IMG/VR virus record: IMGVR_UViG_3300027744_000019
Location: 2,295 to 66,294 of that record
DNA length: 64,000 bases
Origin: a virus
Taxonomy: Duplodnaviria; Caudoviricetes
Reading direction: 5' to 3' (one strand)
The position numbers and the translations under genes were made by a program. Shown piece after piece: positions 57,580-64,000 of the stretch. The notes beneath the pieces were generated by a model. It worked only from the letters and a program-made list of their open reading frames with translations. It was not told the origin of the DNA and made no database searches. Each line of letters opens with the position of its first letter. Position 1 is the stretch's first letter.

Positions 57580-58163
57580 ACAATCTTTTCTTTAAAAAAT
57601 ACAGGTGCTTCATAATCATCTTGTGAAATCATATCACAGTAAGTTGCTAGAGTAGAATCCCAGGTCTTATCTGTACTCTGTTTTCTAATAAAGTACTGTG
57701 AGTTACGCATGTAGTTGTACCTATTAATAGAATACTCCTCTACATATTTCTCAGTAGCTTGAACAACTGTTTCCCAAGAATAGTCAAATGTTTCAAAGAA
57801 CCATCTGAATGCATTTTCTAGACTCTTTACATTAACTCTAGCATAAACACCACTTGGCAACTTACTTGCCGGGAAACATTCATTGTAAGTTTTAATGTTG
57901 TCTAGAAACTCATCCCCCATAAGGTTTTTAGATGTTTTCTTCTTAGACTTCTTGAAATAGCTCTCAATTTCTTGTATAAATTTAAGGCTATTCCCTGACA
58001 ATTCCAAGGATTCTGTAAGGTTATTACCTGATTTTAATTTGGTGACCTCAATAGAAGCATTTACCAAATTACTAGGTACAATCTTATTGTGTATACAGTA
58101 CAATACATAGAATGCATTAGGACTCAGCCCTGCTTTCATTAGTTTGTTAAATACTTCTTGCAT
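57576..58163 (-). CDS. Hypothetical replication-block protein (possible N-terminal HTH)
   Basis: 195 aa between ung and dnaB. Function unknown. Confidence 0.7.
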   Translation of the reverse strand: MQEVFNKLMKAGLSPNAFYVLYCIHNKIVPSNLVNASIEVTKLKSGNNLTESLELSGNSLKFIQEIESYFKKSKKKTSKNLMGDEFLDNIKTYNECFPASKLPSGVYARVNVKSLENAFRWFFETFDYSWETVVQATEKYVEEYSINRYNYMRNSQYFIRKQSTDKTWDSTLATYCDMISQDDYEAPVFFKEKIV

Positions 58164-58864
58164 TACCAGTGAATTGTGTAGTTATATAAATGTTTAACAG
58201 TGGTTTGTACCTCTCTAAAGACACCTTTAGAATCCCATTTGCTACCATTATATGCAGCACTTGCAGGGTGAGAGACCATAAATTTAGTACAATTTTCTCC
58301 ACACATATCTGCCCACTCCTGAGATTTTTTACCCATAAAGACATAAACTAGTCCCGGATGAAAGTTCTTAAAGTAATCAAATAAGTATGCTGTAAGTGGA
58401 GCCCAGAGTTCATAGTGTTTACCAATCTTACCAACTTCAGTTGTAAGAGCAGTATTAAGCAATAGTACACCCTGATTAGACCATCTCTTTAAATCCAGGG
58501 GTCTATCATAGAATGGATACATCTTCTGTGCTTCATCTAAAATAAATCTCAGAGAAGGTTGTTCTTTTTCAGATTTACTACAACTAAACGCAATACCATC
58601 TGCTACACCAATGGTTGGATAGGGATCTTGTCCAACTATTACAACTTTTAGTTCATCATAAGGACATTCTTCAAATGCTCTAAATATATCTTTAAGAACC
58701 GGAGTAAATCTTTGTCCATTATTAGACATGTTGTACAAGTCAGTTAGAATTTTCTCAAACTCTATACTAAATATAAAAGGTTTAAGAACTCTACCCCAAC
58801 CACTGGGTTCAAGTTTATTAAATATTTTTTGTTTATAATCATCAATGTCTAATATATTATTCAT
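58163..58864 (-). CDS. ung: Uracil-DNA glycosylase family 1
   Basis: VVIVGQDPYP, ADGIAFS, PSLR, GVLLLNTALT and SHPAS motifs. Confidence 0.93.
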   Translation of the reverse strand: MNNILDIDDYKQKIFNKLEPSGWGRVLKPFIFSIEFEKILTDLYNMSNNGQRFTPVLKDIFRAFEECPYDELKVVIVGQDPYPTIGVADGIAFSCSKSEKEQPSLRFILDEAQKMYPFYDRPLDLKRWSNQGVLLLNTALTTEVGKIGKHYELWAPLTAYLFDYFKNFHPGLVYVFMGKKSQEWADMCGENCTKFMVSHPASAAYNGSKWDSKGVFREVQTTVKHLYNYTIHW

Positions 58865-58871
58865 AATGGTG

Positions 58872-58879
58872 TATATTTG
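58872..58879 (+). promoter_or_regulatory. Bacteroidota -7 promoter element in a divergent spacer
   Basis: TATATTTG, an exact TAnnTTTG match 18 nt before the ATG at 58898. Confidence 0.5.
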
Positions 58880-58897
58880 TATAAAAAGTATAATATA

Positions 58898-59185
58898 ATG
58901 GCTACAGTTAAAGAATTAAAAGATGATGCATTAATAAAAATTGAAGTAAATAAAAGCTTCTATTTTATGGTAAAGAATGCTCTTTTCTTTTTATTTAGAA
59001 ATATGGATATTAAGGAAGAAGATAGAGAAAATGTTCTTAAAGAACTTATGACTAAAAACTTCAATGATATGACTCATTGGGAGCAATCTTTTTATGCAAT
59101 TACACTTTTACTTGCTGAAATTGAAAGACAAGCTAGTCTTACAGATCAATTTCAAGATGTAGAAATTGATTCTAAGCAAGATTAA
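58898..59185 (+). CDS. Hypothetical protein
   Basis: Start at MATVKEL (58898). Divergent from ung. Confidence 0.7.
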   Translation: MATVKELKDDALIKIEVNKSFYFMVKNALFFLFRNMDIKEEDRENVLKELMTKNFNDMTHWEQSFYAITLLLAEIERQASLTDQFQDVEIDSKQD

Positions 59186-59546
59186 TATTAAATTCTCTAC
59201 CTATTTGTATACAAGCTTCAATAGCTAGTACTAATTCATCTTTACTACAGTCTGCAAAAGACTTACAGTATTCAGCACCTTCTGCATCATAACATAGACC
59301 AGAATGTTGCTTTATAATAATTTTCATTTCATCAAATGTATAGCCAGATTCCTTGGCTAATTCACGTATGCATGCATGGACTTTAGCTAACTGTGCTACA
59401 GAACCATCATCTGATGTAAGTCCCATAAACACCTCAACTTGTTGTCCATCAGATAGCTTATCCAAAAATATTTGATAATTTAATTTTGATTTATCATCAG
59501 GATAAACTAACTTCCCATCACGTTTCACTAGTTTTACAGTAAACAT
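59172..59546 (-). CDS. NinB/YbcN-like recombination protein
   Basis: SVAQLAKVHACIRELAKESGYTFDEMK...KSFADCSKDELVLAIE resembles the NinB pattern. Confidence 0.5.
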   Translation of the reverse strand: MFTVKLVKRDGKLVYPDDKSKLNYQIFLDKLSDGQQVEVFMGLTSDDGSVAQLAKVHACIRELAKESGYTFDEMKIIIKQHSGLCYDAEGAEYCKSFADCSKDELVLAIEACIQIGREFNINLA

Positions 59547-59577
59547 ATGCTAAATTTTTAGTATATTATTAATAGAT

Positions 59578-60606
59578 ATGACAGCACAGAAAGGTAACCT
59601 AAATGGGAGAGTTAAAGATACTGAAATAATATTAGAGTATCTTGAAAAGTTTCCAAATTCCCCAACTAAAACTCTTGCAAGAAAGATCTATTCTGAGCAT
59701 CCAACTTTCTCATCCTTTGAAGTAGTATACAATAGAGTAAGATATTACCGTGGACAAATAGGTAAGAAAAACAGAAATGTATTGTATACTGCACAATTCC
59801 AAAAAGAACTTAAAGTAGAATTTACTATGAAAGAAAAATTCCTACCAGAGTCTTATGCTACTAAGCGTGATACTTTTGTATTTCCATCAGGCTGTAACTC
59901 ATTAGGAGTTATTGGAGACCTACATATACCATATCAAGATAATGATGCTATAGAAGTAGCATTTGATGAAATGGAAAAACAAAACATAGAATCATTACTT
60001 ATTAATGGTGACATGTTAGACTTCTACCAGATGTCATTCCATGAAAAGGATCCAAGAATGGTTCATTTCAAACAGGAAATTGAAGCTGGTAGACAATTTC
60101 TAGACTATTGCAGATCGCGATTCCCAAATATTCCTATTTACTTCATCCCAGGTAACCATGAAAATAGATTTGAAAGATACCTTAGAGTTAAGGCATCAGA
60201 ACTATTAGACATGGATGAATTCAGATTAGATGTACTTCTACATGTAGCTGAATATGGTGTACAGTATATACCATTTAGATCTAAAGTTGTCTTTGGTGAC
60301 TTCTTAATAGAACACGGAGATAAAATCCCTGGTGCAGGTGGTGTTGTACCAGCACGTACTGCTATAATGAGGTTAAAGACTAATTGTCTTATCAATCATT
60401 TTCATAAAACAAGCTCTAGTTCACAAAGAGTATATGGTCCAGGAGATTCTACAATTATCCGTGGTTATAGCCTTGGATGCTTGTGTGAACTTACTCCAGA
60501 ATATCTAGAAATAAATGAATGGAACCATGGATTTGCTATTCTAAAAAGAAATGGTAACTTAGTACAAGTTAGCAATTGTAAAATAGAAGGTAACCAAATA
60601 GTCTAA
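59578..60606 (+). CDS. Calcineurin-like metallophosphoesterase with N-terminal helical extension
   Basis: GDLHIP, NGDMLDF, GNHE, EHGD and NHFH metal-binding motifs. Confidence 0.85.
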   Translation: MTAQKGNLNGRVKDTEIILEYLEKFPNSPTKTLARKIYSEHPTFSSFEVVYNRVRYYRGQIGKKNRNVLYTAQFQKELKVEFTMKEKFLPESYATKRDTFVFPSGCNSLGVIGDLHIPYQDNDAIEVAFDEMEKQNIESLLINGDMLDFYQMSFHEKDPRMVHFKQEIEAGRQFLDYCRSRFPNIPIYFIPGNHENRFERYLRVKASELLDMDEFRLDVLLHVAEYGVQYIPFRSKVVFGDFLIEHGDKIPGAGGVVPARTAIMRLKTNCLINHFHKTSSSSQRVYGPGDSTIIRGYSLGCLCELTPEYLEINEWNHGFAILKRNGNLVQVSNCKIEGNQIV

Positions 60607-60914
60607 TGTTTCTACCAGTAGAATTTCAAGATCAAGATGGCCCATACTTTGAGCATCTAAATGTTACTCACATAACAAGAATATCTTTTATTAATCCAAG
60701 AAATCCTGATGCAGGTGCTAGAATTCACCTAAGAACAGGTGATGTTCTATCTACCAAGATGCCATTTGATCAACTATCCCAAGCTATTGATGAAGCCTGG
60801 GAATCTGCTGCTTGTCTTGTACTTAGTACTCTTCTATCTGAAAAAGCTAAACTTGTACCTGGTAACCTACGCTCTGAAGAAAAGAATCAACTTCCTGAGG
60901 AGTTTGAAGCCTAA
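60606..60914 (+). CDS. Hypothetical protein
   Basis: 102 aa, stop/start overlap with the phosphoesterase gene. Confidence 0.65.
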   Translation: MFLPVEFQDQDGPYFEHLNVTHITRISFINPRNPDAGARIHLRTGDVLSTKMPFDQLSQAIDEAWESAACLVLSTLLSEKAKLVPGNLRSEEKNQLPEEFEA

Positions 60915-61104
60915 AATGATCAGGCCATTCTAAATTTGTAACATACCAGTTATCATCACTTACCATATCACTGTCTACTGAACAGAGAGTTAAACCCTCA
61001 AATACTTCAAAAGTATAATAATAATAATCATATCCATTTTGACTCTCTAAGTCCTTGATTTCTACTTTGTTAAATCCAAGAATTGTTAAATCATGTTCTG
61101 TCAT
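60847..61104 (-). CDS. Hypothetical protein
   Basis: 85-aa acidic ORF whose 3' end overlaps the convergent + strand gene by 68 nt. Confidence 0.6.
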   Translation of the reverse strand: MTEHDLTILGFNKVEIKDLESQNGYDYYYYTFEVFEGLTLCSVDSDMVSDDNWYVTNLEWPDHFRLQTPQEVDSFLQSVGYQVQV

Positions 61105-61258
61105 CTGTTAATTGTTTAGCAATCTTTTTAGCTAAATAGGGGCTACACTTATATTTGTGCATCACATAGCCAGCTACAACTTTTGGACTCATAATTTGTA
61201 TGTCCTTATTCTCTAGCTTTATTTCTTGTACTATGTGTTCTTTTATTAAGTTTGCCAT
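61091..61258 (-). CDS. Small hypothetical protein (55 aa; not in ORF track)
   Basis: MANLIKEHIVQEIK...KCSPYLAKKIAKQLTDDRT*, TAATG-coupled to the upstream gene. Confidence 0.6.
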   Translation of the reverse strand: MANLIKEHIVQEIKLENKDIQIMSPKVVAGYVMHKYKCSPYLAKKIAKQLTDDRT

Positions 61259-61698
61259 TATTTAGCTGCCATTGTTTGCATGAATATTTCATGGTTAAGT
61301 ATTTCATTTGCATAGTTTTTAGCAATACTCCAGTATGCTTTATTTACTTTACTGTACTCACCATGCTCTTGTAATCTTAGGTTTCTAAAATTCTTTATTG
61401 ATAAAGTAACCATATGAAGATTGTCCTGGTCCTCAGACTCAAGCATTCTAATCATGTTCTTTATCTCAACATCATTTATATAACCCATGTGTTTTAGCAA
61501 CTGTAGTTCGGCCATATATACAAATGGCCGAAACATACCCGCTTTACTACCTTTATGGTACATATACCATAGATAATGTAGATTCTGATCTACACCATCT
61601 GTAATGTTATAATGCTCTTCTGCAATCTTGGCAGAAAGTGCTTCCATCTCTGTTCTGATAGCTCTATCCATTTTAATAATCTTTTCTACAATACTCAT
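61258..61698 (-). CDS. Hypothetical protein with MLxSxDxDN motif
   Basis: 146 aa, contains MIRMLESEDQDNLHMV. Confidence 0.7.
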   Translation of the reverse strand: MSIVEKIIKMDRAIRTEMEALSAKIAEEHYNITDGVDQNLHYLWYMYHKGSKAGMFRPFVYMAELQLLKHMGYINDVEIKNMIRMLESEDQDNLHMVTLSIKNFRNLRLQEHGEYSKVNKAYWSIAKNYANEILNHEIFMQTMAAK

Positions 61699-61744
61699 AA
61701 TCTCTTAATCCGTTGTACTTTTCCTAACACTTCTGTAGAATTGA

Positions 61745-61921
61745 TTATTTTAGGAAATTGATATATGACTGAGCTGCTCTCTTAGTGTCATATGCTACAT
61801 CAAATCCTGCATTGTTCTTTACTGTCTTCCAGAAAATCCAGAAAACTCTTTTCTTTACAGTATACTTGGTCTGAAAACCATGTGTTACTTCTACAATCTT
61901 GTAGTCTTTCTTTTTATTCAT
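61745..61921 (-). CDS. Small basic hypothetical protein (58 aa; not in ORF track)
   Basis: MNKKKDYKIVEVTHGFQTKYTVKKRVFWIFWKTV...*. Start overlaps the upstream stop. Confidence 0.55.
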   Translation of the reverse strand: MNKKKDYKIVEVTHGFQTKYTVKKRVFWIFWKTVKNNAGFDVAYDTKRAAQSYINFLK

Positions 61922-62157
61922 CAGTCTAGGTTTAAGTTGAATTCTTCTAATATTTCTCTAAGTGTTGTTCTAAGTTTTTCAGCTAACTCTCTTTCTTCTT
62001 CAGTAGCTTCTATTTTACCAACATAACCATATTTGGTTATCTCACGTAGTTTTTGATCAAGATCCCAAACAGCACCTTTCCACTTGTAAGCATCAAGTGC
62101 TGTTCTAGCCTCATCTTTTTCTTCATAAGAGTCAAACTCTAGTATTATCTTTCCCAT
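61921..62157 (-). CDS. Hypothetical protein
   Basis: 78-aa ORF in the small-gene run. Confidence 0.65.
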   Translation of the reverse strand: MGKIILEFDSYEEKDEARTALDAYKWKGAVWDLDQKLREITKYGYVGKIEATEEERELAEKLRTTLREILEEFNLNLD

Positions 62158-62314
62158 CTTTTACATTTTTCCAATAATAATCACATGACTTAGTGTCCTC
62201 ATCATACTCAAAGTTAGCATAAGTCTGCATAAATTCACTTGGTGTAGCATTATATCTATAACAAGTTTCTTTAAGTGGACACTCTTCATTAACACACATA
62301 CTAATATCTGGCAT
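62132..62314 (-). CDS. Small Cys-containing hypothetical protein
   Basis: MPDISMC...CPLKETCYRY...C: four cysteines, possible metal binding. Confidence 0.65.
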   Translation of the reverse strand: MPDISMCVNEECPLKETCYRYNATPSEFMQTYANFEYDEDTKSCDYYWKNVKDGKDNTRV

Positions 62315-62381
62315 GACTATAATATTACATTAAACAATATGTGACCAAAGCCAATTCCGGCTAAAAAGTAAACAAGATTGT

Positions 62382-62759
62382 TTACCCATTTTGGATAGTT
62401 TTCCATCTTTCTATTTTGTTAAGGAGTTTGTAATGTAACCAGAAAAACATATAAGTAAATATTCCTAAGAAATTATACTCTATATCATCTGTGTCAAAGT
62501 TTCCGTGTATCTTTCTACCTACAAAATCATTAGACAACTCTTGAGTAAATTCTACAAATACCCCAAACATAAATAATATCCCAATACTTACTAAATAAGT
62601 AAAAGAACTTCTTTTAAATAATACAACTGATAAAAACATTGATGCAAAAAAGTAAAATGCAAAATGTAGTTCTTTATCCATACCTGCAAAAATACTAGGT
62701 AGTTTAATCATAAATCCAGTGTAGCTAATAATAGCAAACACAATAAGGTATTTTATCAT
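62382..62759 (-). CDS. VanZ-like membrane protein
   Basis: DKELHFAFYF...FGVFVEFTQ...GN.DTDDIEYNFLG matches the VanZ-like DKxxH / ExxQ / DxxDxxxN pattern, with several hydrophobic segments. Confidence 0.65.
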   Translation of the reverse strand: MIKYLIVFAIISYTGFMIKLPSIFAGMDKELHFAFYFFASMFLSVVLFKRSSFTYLVSIGILFMFGVFVEFTQELSNDFVGRKIHGNFDTDDIEYNFLGIFTYMFFWLHYKLLNKIERWKTIQNG

Positions 62760-62896
62760 AATATATTAAAAATTGTTTGTAAAGTAAAAGCAATGATACC
62801 TATAGTGATAACAATAAGAATTAATATAGCACCAATAGCATTCATCTCCGCTCTGCTTTTATCTTGTCGGGTTGGTTTATATTCTTTTTGTTTCAT
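62756..62896 (-). CDS. Small single-TM protein (46 aa; not in ORF track)
   Basis: MKQKEYKPTRQDKSRAEMNAIGAILILIVITIGIIAFTLQTIFNIL*. The start lies in junction repeat A. Confidence 0.55.
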   Translation of the reverse strand: MKQKEYKPTRQDKSRAEMNAIGAILILIVITIGIIAFTLQTIFNIL

Positions 62897-62914
62897 CTTA
62901 TTCTGATTTAAAGG

Positions 62915-63001
62915 TTACTTTTCTAATAGTATTAGGATTAATGAAACCCAGAATACAACTATTGCTGTGAGTCCAATGACTCCTATGAGCATATATCCCA
63001 T
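62915..63001 (-). CDS. Small hydrophobic peptide (28 aa; not in ORF track)
   Basis: MGYMLIGVIGLTAIVVFWVSLILILLEK*, bounded on both sides by repeat A copies. Confidence 0.45.
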   Translation of the reverse strand: MGYMLIGVIGLTAIVVFWVSLILILLEK

Positions 63002-63002
63002 C

Positions 63003-63251
63003 TTATTCTGATTTATTTAGTTCGTGTTTTTGTTTTAGTGATTGAATAAAGCCATTTATTTGAAATTCTTCTTTCCAAAGCTCCATACCTTGCCCGAATA
63101 AAATTGCTTTTCTAACATCTTCCTCACTATAACTTCTTTTCTGTTGCCATTTAGCACCATTAATAAAACCTATAATAAAATCTGTGTCATGTTCAACTTC
63201 TGAACTTGGTAGGAATGACAAAGCAACTTCTTCAAGTGTTTGTTTTTTCAT
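63003..63251 (-). CDS. Hypothetical protein
   Basis: 82 aa. Starts in repeat B and ends ...NKSE* in repeat A. Confidence 0.65.
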   Translation of the reverse strand: MKKQTLEEVALSFLPSSEVEHDTDFIIGFINGAKWQQKRSYSEEDVRKAILFGQGMELWKEEFQINGFIQSLKQKHELNKSE

Positions 63252-63578
63252 TGTTCTTATTGTTTAAAGGTTTTGATTACAATCCGTTCTTTGGCAACTA
63301 TATCCACCAACTTTTGGATGACCACACCTGCATTGTTCTTGTTGTTTAAAGGTTTCATCCCAATACTCTTCAAATGTTTGCCAATTTTCTTCTGCAATAC
63401 CTTTGCCTTCAAATCTACCCGCTTGATGTGCTACATCCCAAGTTTCTTTGTGGGCTTGTTTATCCATTTCTTTAGCTTGACTTAGAAGATTAAGTACTAA
63501 GCCTTTTGTTAAAATTCCATATTGGTTTACTTCTTTTTCAAGCCATTCTACTGCTGTTTTCATTGTTCTTGTTGTTTA
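63249..63578 (-). repeat. Junction repeat B, 3 copies (- strand AAACCTTTAAACAA(C/T)AAGAACAATG)
   Basis: Copies at 63249-63273 and 63331-63355 (24/25 identical), and an 18-bp copy at 63561-63578. Confidence 0.85.
63264..63563 (-). CDS. Hypothetical protein (MKTAVEWL-type) with Cys-rich read-through tail
   Basis: Starts in repeat B and contains an internal repeat B copy (ETFKQQEQ) before a 22-aa Cys-rich tail. Confidence 0.65.
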   Translation of the reverse strand: MKTAVEWLEKEVNQYGILTKGLVLNLLSQAKEMDKQAHKETWDVAHQAGRFEGKGIAEENWQTFEEYWDETFKQQEQCRCGHPKVGGYSCQRTDCNQNL

Positions 63579-63737
63579 GTCTACAATAAATTCATCCGTC
63601 TTTACAACCTCCACTCCTTCAACTAACTCTGCAACATTTCCCGTTACAATTGCTGTTGTGTGTGGATGTGTGTTCTCACATAGCCATTTCATTAATGGCT
63701 TTACTGCTTGTTCAAATGTTTGTGCTTCTTCTTTCAT
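63576..63737 (-). CDS. Small hypothetical protein (53 aa; not in ORF track)
   Basis: MKEEAQTFEQAVKPLMKWLCENTHPHTTAIVTGNVAELVEGVEVVKTDEFIVD*. The stop abuts repeat B. Confidence 0.6.
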   Translation of the reverse strand: MKEEAQTFEQAVKPLMKWLCENTHPHTTAIVTGNVAELVEGVEVVKTDEFIVD

Positions 63738-63748
63738 TTTATTTTATT

Positions 63749-63964
63749 TTAAATTGTTTTTTTATACCATCTTATTCCATTTGGCTCACCAAATACAAGG
63801 CTACCAAAACACGATTCACACACCTTTTCTGCTGAATCTCTTCTAACTATTTCTATTGTTCCATTTGGATAAACAAGCCAAGTCTTATAGTTTTTACCCT
63901 CTGTGCATTGAAGTAAAGCACCATTCATTAAGGCTGTTTTTATTTTTTCTTGATATGCTGTCAT
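63749..63964 (-). CDS. Hypothetical protein
   Basis: 71 aa. The start lies in repeat A. Confidence 0.65.
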   Translation of the reverse strand: MTAYQEKIKTALMNGALLQCTEGKNYKTWLVYPNGTIEIVRRDSAEKVCESCFGSLVFGEPNGIRWYKKTI

Positions 63965-64000
63965 CTTATTCTGATTTAAAGGTTAGTTCATCATATGGGG

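Larger units (their letters stand above)
62893..63985 (-). repeat. Junction repeat A, 3 copies (- strand TAACCTTTAAATCAGAATAAGATGA)
   Basis: 25-bp identical copies at 62893-62917 and 63961-63985, and a 17-bp partial copy at 62999-63015. Each ends at an ATG. Confidence 0.85.

Noticed and set aside
62893-63985. CRISPR array or integron attC sites
   Set aside because: Spacing is irregular (about 80-960 bp), the intervening sequences are ORFs, the repeats are not palindromic, and no cas or integrase gene is present.
1-64000. Stop-codon reassignment, as in some crAss-like phages
   Set aside because: Very long genes (up to 4455 aa) and all replication genes are intact under the standard code. TAG and TGA are both used as real stops at tight gene junctions.
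41289-64000. tRNA or other structured RNA genes
   Set aside because: Intergenic gaps are mostly under 100 nt and no cloverleaf or T-loop (GTTCGA-type) signature was seen. A tRNAscan/Infernal run would be needed to be certain.

Overview
AT-rich segment of a large lytic Bacteroidota phage of the crAss-like type (Crassvirales or a close relative). No integrase, tRNA, rRNA or CRISPR array was seen. All domain calls come from reading motifs by eye; no HMM or database search was run. Left arm (1-41288, + strand): a tightly coupled virion/ejection block. It holds a 5'-truncated tail stabilization (muzzle-type) protein; a SET-domain + multi-muralytic protein; three or four putative cargo proteins; a 2130-aa ejection-type protein with an inserted ADP-ribosyltransferase-like domain; a 4455-aa polyprotein (zincin HExxH + single-chain two-barrel RNA polymerase with DFDVD + SLOG + Dda/RecD-like SF1B helicase + ASCH); and a 1138-aa membrane-segment protein. 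A bidirectional terminator at about 41290 separates it from the right arm. Right arm (mostly - strand): 2OG-Fe(II) oxygenase, DUF932-like protein, family B DNA polymerase, PD-(D/E)XK exonuclease, a MoxR AAA+/VWA-metallopeptidase module with DUF6915/DUF6878, two GIY-YIG nucleases, primase, SSB-like protein, AAA_24 NTPase, DnaB helicase, uracil-DNA glycosylase, NinB-like protein, metallophosphoesterase and a run of small accessory ORFs joined by repeated 17-25 bp junction motifs. Main highlights: (1) a helicase, SLOG and ASCH fused in cis to the virion RNAP; (2) a recurring aromatic/hydrophobic-x-x-G-G motif delimiting domains in three consecutive virion genes; (3) a GIY-YIG homing endonuclease that appears to have replaced the 3' end of the VWA gene; (4) a shared MFxSxDxDN motif in three otherwise dissimilar genes; (5) a G-to-A variant of the Bacteroidota promoter upstream of two structural genes.
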